Positions 36,893 through 49,470 of a stretch of DNA of 64,000 bases are shown here, piece after piece. Source of the stretch: Botryllus schlosseri (taxonomy: Eukaryota). The notes under the pieces are model-generated. The model was given only the letters and a program-made list of their open reading frames with translations, searched no databases and had not been told where the DNA came from. A program made the translations under genes and the position numbers. Where the stretch lies: the NCBI GenBank assembly GCA_051294905.1, contig CM119378.1, forward strand, positions 2,730,001 to 2,794,000, written 5' to 3'. Positions within the stretch are counted from its first letter, which is position 1, and each line of letters starts with the position of its first letter.

Positions 36893-37872
36893 TAGGGATG
36901 GTGTGAACGTAAGGTTCACGTTCGCGTTCTGTGTGTGAAACTAAGAAATTTAGAGGTTCACGTTCACAAACGAACCTTGGTAGGTTCTGCACTGTGAACC
37001 TTTTTCAAATATTACAATTTTCACTTCATTATAACATCTTTGGTTGACATTTATTGCATTTCAACAACGGGCCAGTATATGCATGGTGCTGACAGCATAG
37101 AAATCAACACTAAACGAGCATGCACCTTGACAATCTCGTAAATGTTACTTGATTTGTTACAAAAGTTTGCTCGAATATTTAGTGACTCTCTGCTGTGAGC
37201 TTAACCCGCAATCCCACAACATCAAGAACGAAATACACAACATGTAGGTAGTCAGCGAATGATACTTATTCATTTATTCAACCAATCAATGAAATGGATA
37301 TCGTTGCCTGATGTAGAAAGTCTAGCAGGCAAACGGGTCAATCTTGATTCCATATGTTTATTGTATCATAAAAGCCAAATCCGTGCGATTGGGGTGTTGG
37401 CTACTGCTGTATAACTTGTTAATATCGGTAGCAAGTATAGAAACCCGTTCACACTCTGCTTAGTATCAACGAAGCAACACTCAGACGCCGAATACATTGT
37501 CCGGTCTGGCCTACCGTTTAAGGCGTAAGCTTCTATTTCTTTGCAAGTCCTCGTCGAAATTATTGGCAAAGCGACGGAAAATATTTATTTTTTGGGATTA
37601 ATTATTATATCATTTGATTGCCCCAGTTGATACATTTGTCGACGTTTTAAAGGTCAATATGTACTTCAGCGTTGTGGGATTATGTGGACCGAGTCGTCGC
37701 TAGGTATCGTCTACATTGATATAGGCTATCACTTCACTAAAAATGTAGGGTTGGAATTAGCATTATGATGTCACGTGACGACATGAGGTTCACGATCGCG
37801 TTCACACAGAACCTTTCAAAAAAGTTCGCGTTCACACGAACCTGCACCTTTCAGAGGCTCACACCATCCCTA
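36893..37872. mobile_element. hAT MITE
   Basis: TAGGGATGGTGTGA / TCACACCATCCCTA; TSD GTTTTTAG / GTTCTTGG (6/8); inverted partial copy at ~18847-19085. Confidence 0.78.
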
Positions 37873-37999
37873 GTTCTTGGGGTATTCAACCGGACAATCA
37901 CCGTATTTTTGCCAATTCTATTGTTCGCGATTGAAGATGTTGCGACTTGCTACTTTAAAAACCCTATGATCCGCGTATTATATATATGTGCTTTTAAGG

Positions 38000-39913
38000 C
38001 AGTGGTGTCAAACTCAACTTGAGTCGCGGGCCTGATTCAAACCTTCAGATCGCTCGCGGGCCGAGCAAGTCAAATAATTTCAAAATCTCACCCCAAAATT
38101 CATACCCGCGTTTTGCACTTGAATACTTTATTATCAAGCCTATATACATTATAGTATTATATTATATTGCATATCATAGGGTAGTGGTTCTCAACCTTTT
38201 CGTCGTCGCGGACCCCTTTTCAACCGTCACGGATCCCCGCGGACCCCCACAAGTTTTAGGTAAAATTTAGCTCAATTGTCGTGCAACCATCATCTGTCTT
38301 GTGCAAATACCAACTGCTGTATGCTAGGGATAAACATCAACAAGATGACCGTTTCTTTAAATAACGTCATACAATATGTGTAAATAGGGCAGACCTTTAT
38401 TATTTCAAAGTGATTTCTGCATCTGTATTTCTTGAAATATGTGGTGCCTTGAAACAGTGCCTTTCAAATGAGAACCTTCGTTTGGATATGAATGAATTCC
38501 CACAGAGATAGGTGGAGGCGAATGTAAAAATAACGCGTAACGCTTCCGACGGCATCTTTGACTGTGATCGCAATCGCAACATGTATCGCAGGCCTACAAC
38601 ATATGCGGCACCAAAATCGAGAAACCGACGTCTCTCGTCCAGCCTGGTCATTTCTATCCAGCAGCTCATAAGGTATTCTGAAATAGTGGTTATATGTGAA
38701 TTATATCATAGGAGAAAATGGATTCCGTGAAGAGGTTTTAATCCGTTTATTAGGACAGAATACGATTTAAAAAACTTCAGGAATTTCTATTTCAATCGAC
38801 TGTTCAGTGTTCATTATAGTTTGTTGTGACCGACAACTTCAAATACAAAATCTTTTGCAAACAGTTCGAATTCAACCTGATTGACCTTACTACTCCAATT
38901 ATTATATTTGTTCCACAAACCCCAACAAAACATCTTAATCAGAAAGATGTTTTTATCAGTAAGCTATTGGAGATTTGACAATTACAATGAGTTTTCACTG
39001 TATGAGGTTTCATCTCAGGCGGCCATTCTGTTGGTGTGAGTCCTGAAGTTTTAGCAGTTATGAAGCGAAACTGCCTGGTGATTTTCCTAATTTAGGAAAT
39101 TACAAAATAGGTCATGAATCATTTTGCAATTCTAGCGGTTTCGCGAGCCCCCGGTTGAGAACCACTGTAGGGGTTCTATTCTAGTAACACCTTTATTCGC
39201 AAACAATGAAATTGGCCAATATACGGTGATAAGCCGGTTGAATATAATTAAAACTGTTAAAACAGTGGCTCTAACGACGATATAAGGTGACATATATTTA
39301 TACTACTTTTGTTTTAGCCGTAATCTGGCGTTAGCCCTGCTGGGGCTGGGTATGCGTTATGAGTAATACAAGTGATTTAGCCGTAAACGCGGACCTTGGA
39401 ATTCGGTTCATCAGAATTAAATCGCGATTCTGGTTACTGCAGAGGCTGAAACTGATACAGTGCGACAACAGATATTTGAATTATATTTTTGAGATTATCT
39501 ATGATCCATGTAACCTGCATACAACGGTTTCACTTTGGGATTTTCGCTTACGTGTAGAACTACTTGTTGGTCCATTGTTCAGCCTGTGAACTCAGTGTGC
39601 AGATTTTTCCGTTCCGGAAATTTGTGTCAATGCGGCGGCTTGGTTCGTAATGGTGACTGGAGTGAAACCATAAGACCTCTGTCTTATGGTTATAAATAAT
39701 ATGGTGTATGAACAATGAACATTGAACATACTCGACATTAGTTGTCTGAAGGGATTATTTAATGGAAGTAGGGTATTTCTTACTAAAACTCAAAACAAAA
39801 ATGTGCTGGATAATAGAAGCATTTTCCCAATCTACTCAGAATGGCTTCGCGGGCCTGATGGAATCGTCTGGCGGTCCAGATGTGGCCCGCGGGCCGTCTG
39901 TTTGACACCCCTG
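38000..39913. mobile_element. hAT MITE containing a second hAT (38182-39167) with transposase remnant
   Basis: CAGTGGTGTCAAAC / GTTTGACACCCCTG; perfect TSD TTTTAAGG; inner minus-strand remnant ALRVIFTFASTYLCGNSF resembles the Buster/Charlie dimerization motif. Confidence 0.82.
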
Positions 39914-40040
39914 TTTTAAGGTATTCAAGTGAAAAGCAAGAGCACGGCCTAACTATTTGGAATCAGTTGACTGGTCCGGCCCGCGAGCGATTTGAAGGCT
40001 TGAATCCGCCCCGCGACACTAATTGAGTTTGACACCCCTG

Positions 40041-40886
40041 CTGTAAAGGCACAAACTCTCAACATCGAATCGGCGGCTACGTTGTCTTTACCTGGTCGAT
40101 GTTTGATGTGGTGGAATGACAATTTTTTATTCTTTATCTTACTTCGATGGGATTTCGCGAATATGAAGGACAGTGTCTTTTGACCCGTGATCAAAGTGAA
40201 CGGGTTTCATATGAAGTAAATATGCCCACTTACGTACTGCCTCAATAATAGCAGCTGCTTCTTTTTCTACGGCGGCGTACCTCTTCTCATGCCTGTTCAA
40301 CGTTCTATGTGCAAACGCTACCGGCCTCCCTCTTTGACTGAGTATTGCAGCAATGGCGAATTCAGAAGCCTCACACTCGATGGTAAATTCTTTCATCCTC
40401 CAGATTACAGCCGGGACTTCACCGTAGGAGACCGTTCTTCAATTGCCGAAATGCCATCAAGGCTTCACTGCTTAACGTAAATGTCAAATCGTTGTTACAT
40501 AACGGACCAATTTTACCGGAAAAATTCGATATCCACTTAGAATAGTAAGAAAACATCCCCAGACAACGTTTCTAACTTTTTCCGTCACAAGGCGCAGGTA
40601 AATCAACCAGAGGCTTCAGATGAGCAGGATCAGGCTTTATGGAGTCCTGAGCGACGAGGTGTGCCAAAATGAACAATTCCCTAACACAGAACGTGCACTT
40701 GTTAACATTCAGAGTAAGATCACAAAGCTTTGCAGTGGTTACAAAAGCTTTCAAACGTTGTCAAGAGCTACCTTCAAGAGTCAAGAGCTACCTGATGGCA
40801 AGCGGACTTCAATTCGATCGCACTGTACCATTTACCTCGAGCTACTGCATTGACAACGTCTCAATCTTCGGAAGCGGATAAGCATC
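40041..40886 (-). pseudogene. Gypsy RT (partial) and RNase H remnant
   Basis: LDAYPLPKIE, LTLNVNKCTF..IKPDP, FTIECEASEFAIAAILSQRGRPVAF...EKEAAAIIEAVRKW, HRPGKDNVAAD. Confidence 0.88.
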
Positions 40887-42295
40887 AAGGTTATGACTCG
40901 AAACAAATTTCAAAATTTTGTGTGTCCTGTAGTCAAAAATGATGAACTTTCGTGTCCTGATATGAAAATTCACAAAAGTTCAGACTGTTTAAACAAAAAC
41001 CTCCCGCACAAAAATTTTCTAGTTTTCATTGTATAAAGGATAGGCATTCGTTTTAGGTACAGACTATATAATATATATATATCGATTAATATGAATTTAA
41101 CTGACACAATTTCAATTGCGAAGATTGAAAATTGTATTTTGGTAAATTGTGATTGCCCAGATTGAATTCATCCTATCGTGTTCTTGTTTGCAGTCAAAAA
41201 TGAATGATTAATGAATAATTATTTATTTCGATATTAGATGTAAACTGTATATATCGTCTAATTTGAATTTGCCTGACACAAATCAAACTGGGTGTTCTAA
41301 AGACGAAAGTAGAACAGCTCAAGATATTCTCAGTGGTCTAGAAAACCTATAGAGGAATATGATGCATAGGAAAATTTGAAAATGTCATATCATATGTGAC
41401 AGTAGTGACACAGCATCTGTTGCTAATGGGTGGCGAAATGGCGTGGTTGTGAAACTGCAAAATGCAATGATGAGCAAGGATTTTGATAAATACAAATATA
41501 TTGGATGCCAACATCGTAGTATTGAGTCTTAAAGTATGTATCAGAGTTCTTGAATCCAACGTTTTGAACAAATCCAACTCTCAGCTACAAATTTGGAGAT
41601 GATGCGGTAAAACACTACTAAAACTTGGTACAATCCACCAAGCCAGAAATTCAGATGAAAATATTAGAAAACCGAGGATGGAGGGATGATTTCAAGTTTA
41701 TCTTTAAGCTGTGCAGAGCATGCCGCTATTCAAAGAAATAGTAGATTACCACTAATCAAATGGCATAAACTTTATCTCTACGCAATGCGAGATGCAGCTC
41801 ACGGGCCACTGTGCAGTTCCAAATTCCCAGATAGAGAGTAACTCTGGAGATATCATGCTTATTCATCGCAAATGCATGTCAGGAAGTCTGGCATTCTAAC
41901 CATAAGTCTAAATATACAATGTACCTTCGATTATTTGCTGCTCTCAGAGCCCGAATGTCCTGTAGCGATAAATTGCCTTAAAATCCCATTGAAAGTTGGA
42001 TAAGTCCGTTGTAAAAGTCCCTGGCACTAACAATGATTGCATAAAGGGAAGTCAAATTGATGGAAGAACTTAACCAGAAGTGCAAAAGGACAAATATTTG
42101 AAGATTAAATTTGTAGCAAAAGACAGCTTTTTGAATTGCGAATTTTTTATACATTTAGAGCAATGTCAAAAATTAAAGTTGGTTGGTGCGGGAAATTTTT
42201 TACGACTTGAACAAAGTAATTATAATTTTCTTAATTTATACCACAATGTTCATTAACTCCTGCTACAGACAAAAAAAAATTCAAGCCATAACCCT
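40887..42295. mobile_element. Decayed TIR DNA transposon (possibly MULE) inserted in Gypsy RT
   Basis: AAGGTTATGACTCGAA / TTCAAGCCATAACCCT imperfect TIR; ~10-bp TSD GATAAGCATC / AATAAGTATC duplicating the LDAY codons. Confidence 0.6.
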
Positions 42296-42572
42296 AATAA
42301 GTATCTAGCAGAGCATAGCGGTTGATTGTCTGAGAGTAATCAACGACCAATCTCTCCTTGTGTCCGCAGTCCTTTACCACCAAGACCTGAGTTCTCCACG
42401 GTGACGAGGAAGGTTCGACCACTCCAGAATTAACAAATTTCGAAACTTCATCACGTATAAACTCCTTGTCATCATTACTGTAGTTTCTAGACTTGGTAGC
42501 CAAGGGCTTCACGTTTCCATCTTCAAACCGAAAAATACTCGGTGGTCCACAGTTCACTTTAGCAGCTATCAC
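42296..42572 (-). pseudogene. Gypsy RT N-terminal remnant
   Basis: KPLATKSRNYS...GVVEPSSSPWRTQVLVV...RLVVDYSQTINRY. Confidence 0.9.
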
Positions 42573-45500
42573 CAGTGGCGGCTCGTCCTATAGGGCAACT
42601 GGGGCATTGCCCCACCTAAAATTCTGTTCAATAACAATTCTTATCCATTTATAAACGCACAGCAATCTATATATACCGAAATCACAGCGAAAATCGTATT
42701 CTTCTTGTCCTTTTGCATGTAAATGCCTATATATAGCGAAGTCTCTGCGAAAATCGAATTCTCATCCGTGATTTCGCTTTGCGAATGCCTAGCCGGGGCA
42801 TGCCCCGGTAGCGCTCATAACAAGCTTTCACTGTCTATTCTCTCAAAGCCGCGCACAATAAAGAAACAATGATTTACTCTCTCCTATTCATAAAATTACT
42901 GAGCAGGTGGGGCAACATAGCCTGGTTGCCCTTGAGGTGTGATGTAACAATCGTATCTATATCTGAACTCGGTTACCGTCATATGCGTTTAGTCGACCTT
43001 TGCTGGTATAGGTCGATTTTGATGGTGTATCACACCATGATAATTCTTGAAACTTGGTATATCATGTCGTGATGGTGGTATTTAAAACTGTCCCAAGTTT
43101 CAGGGTTTCTACTTAAAGTTTAGGGTAGTAATTCCGTTTCCGAAGTTGAGTGTGTGCTGATCCGTCATGTATCGCAAACAGATTTTACTCAAAAGCCGGT
43201 ATTGGTATCCATTGATTTTGCGATGTTCCATACCGAGAGATCGGTCCTGTCATTTGGTACGGTGAGTCTTAACGTTAGTATCGAACGCTGTACCAAGTTT
43301 CAAGTTTGTCAATCAACTATATGTTAGTGGTAATTTCGTTTCCTAAGTCGAGTGAGAGCTGACTCATCATTTATCGCAAACATATTTTACGCAAAGCCGG
43401 TATTGGTCTCCATTGATTTTAACGATGCTCCTTACCTAGATCCGTCATGAGCTTTTGTATGGTATGTCTTGATTTTAGTATCGAACGCTGTGCCAAGTCT
43501 CAAGGTTGGCACTCAATGATTAGGGCAGCAATTTCGTTATTAAGGTCGAGTATGGTAGAGATGTGCGCTGATCTGACACTTGGCCTACCTAACGCATTGC
43601 GGATTTCACGCAAAAGCCGCTGTATCAGTGTTAACGCTAACTGTGTTCCATACTGAGATTGGTGATGAGATGATGATATCATGAATAGGGCCCGACCGAT
43701 TATCGGCTCGCCGATAATATCGAGTCGATATCACGCTTGGAGAGAAATATCGGTATCGGCCATTGAAGGTAAAAAAATATCGGCCATTTTCGTAATCCGC
43801 CACCAAAGACAGAGAGCAGCTGGATGGATATTGGATACTGGATAGTTGTCTGCAGAAGATTTCAATCACTAAGAGAAATGAGAACTTCAATCATGCTGGA
43901 CTGACCCTCGTGATGATAGAGAAAAGCGTCGCGTCGAAACATTTCTCTGAAGATAGTTCTATAGGTTCCGTACCAACAGAGCTAATTATACCAGTAATGT
44001 ATGAAGTCGTCTGACCGAGGCCTGCGGGGCCACCATGATATGAAATATGCGAGCATAGAGGGCAAGAAAATCAAGCAAACGTGGAGTAAAGCCAATAATT
44101 GATACGAAAATTTTTGATTCCATGATGACATTGGCCAATTCTGACAAAAGAGCGTAAAATATTGATCAATTGATTGTTGAAATGCTGGTCATGGTTAAGG
44201 CCCAAGGGGGATGGTTGGAGCAGTTGCAGACGTGGACAATTTGAGTTGTTTTGCAGATTCTCTTCAGCTATTTGTTAATGATGTGCTGAAGGCTCCTGGT
44301 GCACTGCCAGAAGAATATCAATATTTGGTGAAACCATTGAAGGAAAGATCCCCTGCAAGGGAGCGGTAGAACCGAAATGAAGAAAGATTTCCAATTCTTG
44401 CTGTGCCACTAACTATGGTACCAAGTGAAAGACTGCTCACTGTGTTTAGTACTATAAACATGATTTATGGAAGACCACAGAAGTTCACTCCTTGGAGAAA
44501 GGGCCGAGAAATTGTGCTTCGTGAACTGTAATCTGCAACTGCTGGATTGGTGCTTTTGATATATTTTTATAGCCCCTAGATAATTTATTTCATGTTTAAG
44601 CATATCAATGGCTGTAAAGTTGTTGAAATAAATGCTCTGAGGTGTTAAATATGGGCCTTGAGCTAGATTCCATATCTTTTGAATATCGGCTGAATATATC
44701 GGGGTTATCGGTCGAGGTACTGGATATCGGTCTTATCGGTATCGGCTCAGAAATCCAATATCGGTCGGGCTCTAATCATGAAACATATTTACTTTTATTT
44801 TATATTCTCCAATGTCAATTTCACCGTGAAATTGAGGCCTTCAGGCCATTTGCTTACAATTACAACCCCTGACAAGCGCGATAGCTGTTTCGTTTTCGAT
44901 GGCGGCTAACAGCTGATCGCTTGATCAGCCTATTCCTCAGTAAATTTTTCGCAAAATTCGGTGTTGGTCTGTTCGTATTAATTTTTACAATGTACCATAC
45001 CGAAAACGGTCATGAGGCTACTTCTCGATGATTTCATGTAACAGTGTACCAAGTTTTCGGCTTTCATCCTCGAATTTATTCGGTAATATATTTTCCAAAG
45101 GCGATTTTGCAGCAGACATATAGACACTATAGAGGATAGACCGTAAGCCGTATGTGTCGTGTGGCAGTCTCCCTCCTCAAGGCCAAAATTTCCTATGCTG
45201 TACCGGGACCGAATTTCCGAGGCTGCTGTCCGTAGTTCTTCAGAATTATGTTATGGATTCAATATTCCATGTCCAGTCTATGAGATAACAATTGCGTATG
45301 TGGCCGAACTCGTTGACCTTTCCAGTTAGGCTTACGCAATCTCTCGAGTTATAGTAATTTCCATTTCTTCAGATAATTAGTCAGGTATAGTGCGAACATG
45401 AACTGTGTCGAATTTTTGTTCCGTACACCGTTTACGCAGTTACCACACTTCAAGTCACAGCTCACCGGCAGACCTCTCGCGGCACATACGTTAAAATCAC

Positions 45501-45634
45501 TGTTGTCGGGAAGTTCGTGTTACCGCACCACCAAGTTACTAGTTTACGTTGGAAAACGCCATTGCGACGTCATCTTGATAAAAAGTCGCTTGCAGCTCTT
45601 GCCCCCCACCCGATATTGTCACGCGCCGCCATTG
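42573..45634. mobile_element. Non-autonomous 8-bp-TSD element with internal ~195-bp tandem repeats
   Basis: CAGTGGCGGC / GCGCCGCCATTG; perfect TSD GCTATCAC; repeat units ~42990-43680 also seen at ~19930-20290. Confidence 0.85.
43686..44774 (+). mobile_element. hAT (Ac-like) deletion derivative with transposase scraps
   Basis: TAGGGCCCGACCGAT / ATCGGTCGGGCTCTA; perfect TSD ATCATGAA; subterminal ATCGG repeats; remnant CFADSLQLFVNDVL near 44245-44290. Confidence 0.85.
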
Positions 45635-45868
45635 GCTATCACATTACAAGCATCGGTTGCTGCTGCTGTATTAGCGCTCCCATTAGCGTTATGTCCTTGT
45701 TGACAACACAATCAGTCCTTCACAGAGACTGATACAACTCGACGGCGAGTTGAACTGGAGTAATCGCTGCGAGTATGATTGACTTCGATTCCTAACTGAC
45801 TGCATATAATCCGGACACAATAAGTTCCCCTTTGTGTGTATTGTAGAATGGCGATCAATCAACCCAGA

Positions 45869-46285
45869 CTATAGCATATCGTAATTTTTATTCGTGACCA
45901 TCCCATCGCCACCGTAACTTGCTTTGCGATGGTTTATGGTTAGATCTCCATCGCCACTGAATTCAAAAACAACTCTTTTATACTTTTCGAAGAAATTATG
46001 TTCTAGAACCAAATCGCAACGAAGATCCTCGAGAACGCCGAACCGAACAGATTTATTTCTTCGATTACCCAAATCCACAGGAACACAAAACGAAACCATT
46101 GACTTCGGCGGCGAAATGTCCTAAAGCGAGTTTGATTATAGTTTGCAGTCCTCTGCCTTTCAAACCAAGCGCAGCAGCTACTTTAGAATCCATGTAATTC
46201 TCCCAAGCTCCGTTATCAAGCAAGGCACGCAACTTTGCTTTACGAGCGTAAGCGGGGACAGTAGTGTTGGACAGCGAGGAACAGC
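45869..46285 (-). pseudogene. Gypsy protease remnant
   Basis: ALLDNGAWENYMD active-site region and VLEDLRCDLVLEHNFF C-terminal motif. Confidence 0.75.
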
Positions 46286-46293
46286 CATTAGAT

Positions 46294-47012
46294 CAGGGGT
46301 GGCCAACCTTTTCAGCCAAAGGGCCACATTCGAATGACGAACTAAGGCGCGGGCCACTAGCCGCGCGAAGCGCGAAAATTTTTTGAAGTTCATAGATCAA
46401 TAATATTGTCACTTGACTATATTGCGGGCCTGCTGTATATCGCTGGGCTCAGTTTGCAAAGACTGGACTATTCGGCACCTGAACATATCGATATCAGAAG
46501 CTTCGACCAACATGCGTCAATGATTTTGTGTCTAGGTTTCATAGTCGACGGTCTTTCTGCGAGTGCAAACGCAAAGTCGCATATGTTGAACGACACTTTG
46601 TGTCGTAATCGCGAATATAGTTGGACTCAATCTGATACATTAGGCGTTCTTTAATTTTCACAAAGGAGCAACAATATTAAAAGCAAGAAATCGAGTGACA
46701 AAACATGTTGCGCGAAGCGAATTTTTACTTTTGATAAATCCATCGCTAATTATTCTGCTTTATTGTAGTGTACGAAGATCTACCAAAATGTGACTGGCTC
46801 ATGGATCTGCCAATGCGTCGGAACTGATATTTTAGTCATCACATCTCAAGTGTTGCGGCCCGACTAATCAAATTTTTGGTTGGCGTTGCAAGTTCATAAT
46901 CTGTGCAATCCATTTTTGATAATATTTGAAATTTCGGAAATTACCTCGCGGGCTACTCAAAACCTTCTCGCGGGCCACAAGTGGCCCGCGGGCCACGGGT
47001 TGGCCGGCCCTG
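46294..47012. mobile_element. hAT MITE, intact copy of the 3433-10137 family
   Basis: CAGGGGTGGCCAACC / GGTTGGCCGGCCCTG; perfect TSD CATTAGAT. Confidence 0.9.
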
Positions 47013-47020
47013 CATTAGAT

Positions 47021-47843
47021 GCAAGAATAGACGAGATGCGAGGTTCAGTGACGGACGCAGCTGTTTTTACAACTTGGGATCGACACATCTTATTGCAATG
47101 TCCTTATTGCTTCTGGCACTTGAAACACCTCACGTACCGAGCAGGGCATAGGGCACGGTCTAAAACGTGACTTACCACAAAATATATACTTCGACGGTTG
47201 ACGACGGACTACTGCGACTTCACTTGCATCATTATTCGAAGCAATGTCTGTAGAGTAGATGTACAATCCGTGCGGGCCACGCTATTCACGGTAGGGTAGG
47301 TCTCATAGGAACGGGAGAAGCACTCTGCTTTCTCCAAAGCATCTGCAACGTGAAGCGCTTTATCCAAAGATAGTTCCTCGTATTCCAGAAGACGAAGACG
47401 TATATTAGCCGATCTCAATCCAGAAATGAACACATCGCGTACGGTAACCGACTTGAACTTGCATTTCTTGCCCAACGTCAAGAATTCTTGTGCAAATTCA
47501 GAGAAGCTCTCACTCGTCATTTGCTTCCTGGCCGAAAGGTTATAACGAGCGTAAATAAGATTGTTCTTCTTGACATACATCTTCTTCAATTTCTCCATTG
47601 CATCAAGGTAGTTCTCCTTATCGATGTACGAAAATATCTCAGCAGACATATATCCACCCATAATGACGATCTTATTGATGGTGGCAGGGGCGGGTGAAAC
47701 CGATCCACTCCCAGACGATGCGGAGCAGGCACTTCTTGATTACTCAACGGCTTCAATATAGCTCTCCAACATACGCTTCCAATGGTTGAAAACCTTCTGC
47801 GAATCCATCGCACGCGGTAACACTTCCAGCACCGGTACGCGGA
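47021..47843 (-). pseudogene. Gypsy gag remnant
   Basis: KVFNHWKRMLE, LKKMYVKKNNLIYARYNLSARKQ..ESFSEF, RDVFISGLRSANIRLRLLE; decayed Cys-His region ~47080-47200; frameshifted. Confidence 0.85.
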
Positions 47844-48354
47844 TATTAACTAAACGAAGACTCAAGCAACTAAACGCGATACATAAAAACACTCGATATA
47901 CAGGTAGGGTGTCGTGCGCGTAATCAACACAATTCATGAGATTACGAAGAAACAATAATCACCACAAGCTTCATTTATTTATAATCACACACCAGCTAAG
48001 TAAGAGACTGCTATTCCCAGTCCTGGTTGCGTATTGGAAGTTCAGGAAACACAACCCTCATCATTTTCATCAATACCATCGTCATGGGCCGTCATATATC
48101 AACCCCACAATACCGAAGACCCTCTCAAATGTAATAGTTGCAGGAGTGATGACTTCATTGGTTGGAGTTGACTGATACTGAAATTTCTGCGGAGACAGAT
48201 ATCGTTTGTAATCTAGTTCCAATTGCCATTATGAGCCTTCATTCAGCCAGTAGTGTGGCGAGCAAAATCTTGAGTAACCGTGTCATTCCAATCAAGCAGA
48301 GGGTCATTGATTATATTTTTTTCAGCGAGATGTGCATGTATATTGTATATATTG

Positions 48355-49149
48355 CAGGGGTGGCCAACCTGCGACCGTAGAAGGAAATTTTTGCGGCCGT
48401 AGACACGTAATTCAATTAGTAGCCTATGTGTTGGCGGCCGTCGACACGCAGATTGAATTTACGAATTGACTCCCGATTTCTTGAAAGATTTCAATTAATC
48501 TTGCAATTTTCTTCGTGCTGCGCGCGAATTACTGTGACTTCATTTCCCGATTTTAATATAGTAGCGCTCTTTGCAATCAGAGCCCCACAGTACAGATGCG
48601 AACAGCAGAGAAAAAAATGCGCCTAATATGGAAATACCAACTCGGAATCGTGTGCTCCTCACTATACCGACAATCCTGATAGGGGGTCAAGAAGTAACAT
48701 CATGCAGCAAAGTGACTAATAACAATTGTCCCACCCGAACATGTATCCTCATTTATAACTTGCCCTACATTTTCGAGAATACCCCTCCATCAACTGTACC
48801 GGTGAATCTGATCACGTGGACTGGGAAAGGATAAATGTTTGATAGCAATATGTAGAACTACGAATATCAATGTCGAAATTATTAAGTGAGTCTGAAAACA
48901 ATTTTCGCGCTTCGCGCGATTGTGTAGGCTACCATTCCGTAGCCAGTAACTACTCCAGATTTTGGTGCGTATAGTAAGCCTATATCATTAAATAGATTAG
49001 TCGAGAGTTCACCGGAAATTGACCTATATACTTTAACATGGGTATTTGGCGTCCGGTTTGTTCATTACGACTATGGCCTGGAATGCGGCCGAATGCTACA
49101 TGAGTAGTCAAAATGCGGTCGAGAATGGCAAAAAGGTTGGCCACCCCTG
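48355..49149. mobile_element. hAT MITE
   Basis: CAGGGGTGGCCAACCT / AGGTTGGCCACCCCTG; perfect TSD ATATATTG. Confidence 0.9.
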
Positions 49150-49254
49150 ATATATTGTATGCATTCATTCATATTTTCATTTAAGTCATCAACCGCCTTG
49201 GAGTTTTCAAAATTAGTTTATGGTATTATTTATAATCCTCCCTGCATTTGGCAG

Positions 49255-49470
49255 TTTCGTGTGTTAAAGGATTGAAAGAGACTATTGATGTGTGTACGAA
49301 CGGGACTGGGATGATACAACAAAATGGAAATGCATATAAGCAATGGCTGTTTGACTCCAGCAGCTGCTCTTCCAATGGACGGCTAGTTTTCAGTTTGGAA
49401 AGTCGAATCGGAGCTTGGTACGAATGTCCGCAATGGTCTTGCATACCATACGTAAGACTAATAATATCAG
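49255..49470 (+). CDS. Putative exon: Cys-rich extracellular segment of an unknown membrane protein
   Basis: Pyrimidine tract + CAG acceptor, G|GTAATA donor (alternative GTAAGA at 49452); 216 nt, phase 1-1; encodes SCVKGLKETIDVCTNG...CSSNG...WYECPQWSCIP. Confidence 0.4.

Larger units (their letters stand above)
30941..47966 (-). mobile_element. Ancient Gypsy LTR retrotransposon fragmented by many insertions
   Basis: Related short LTRs (30941-31112; partial ~47844-47966); 5-bp TSD AGCTT (30936-30940, 47967-47971); PPT-like tract beside the left LTR; gag, PR, RT, RNase H remnants in correct order on the minus strand. Confidence 0.78.
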
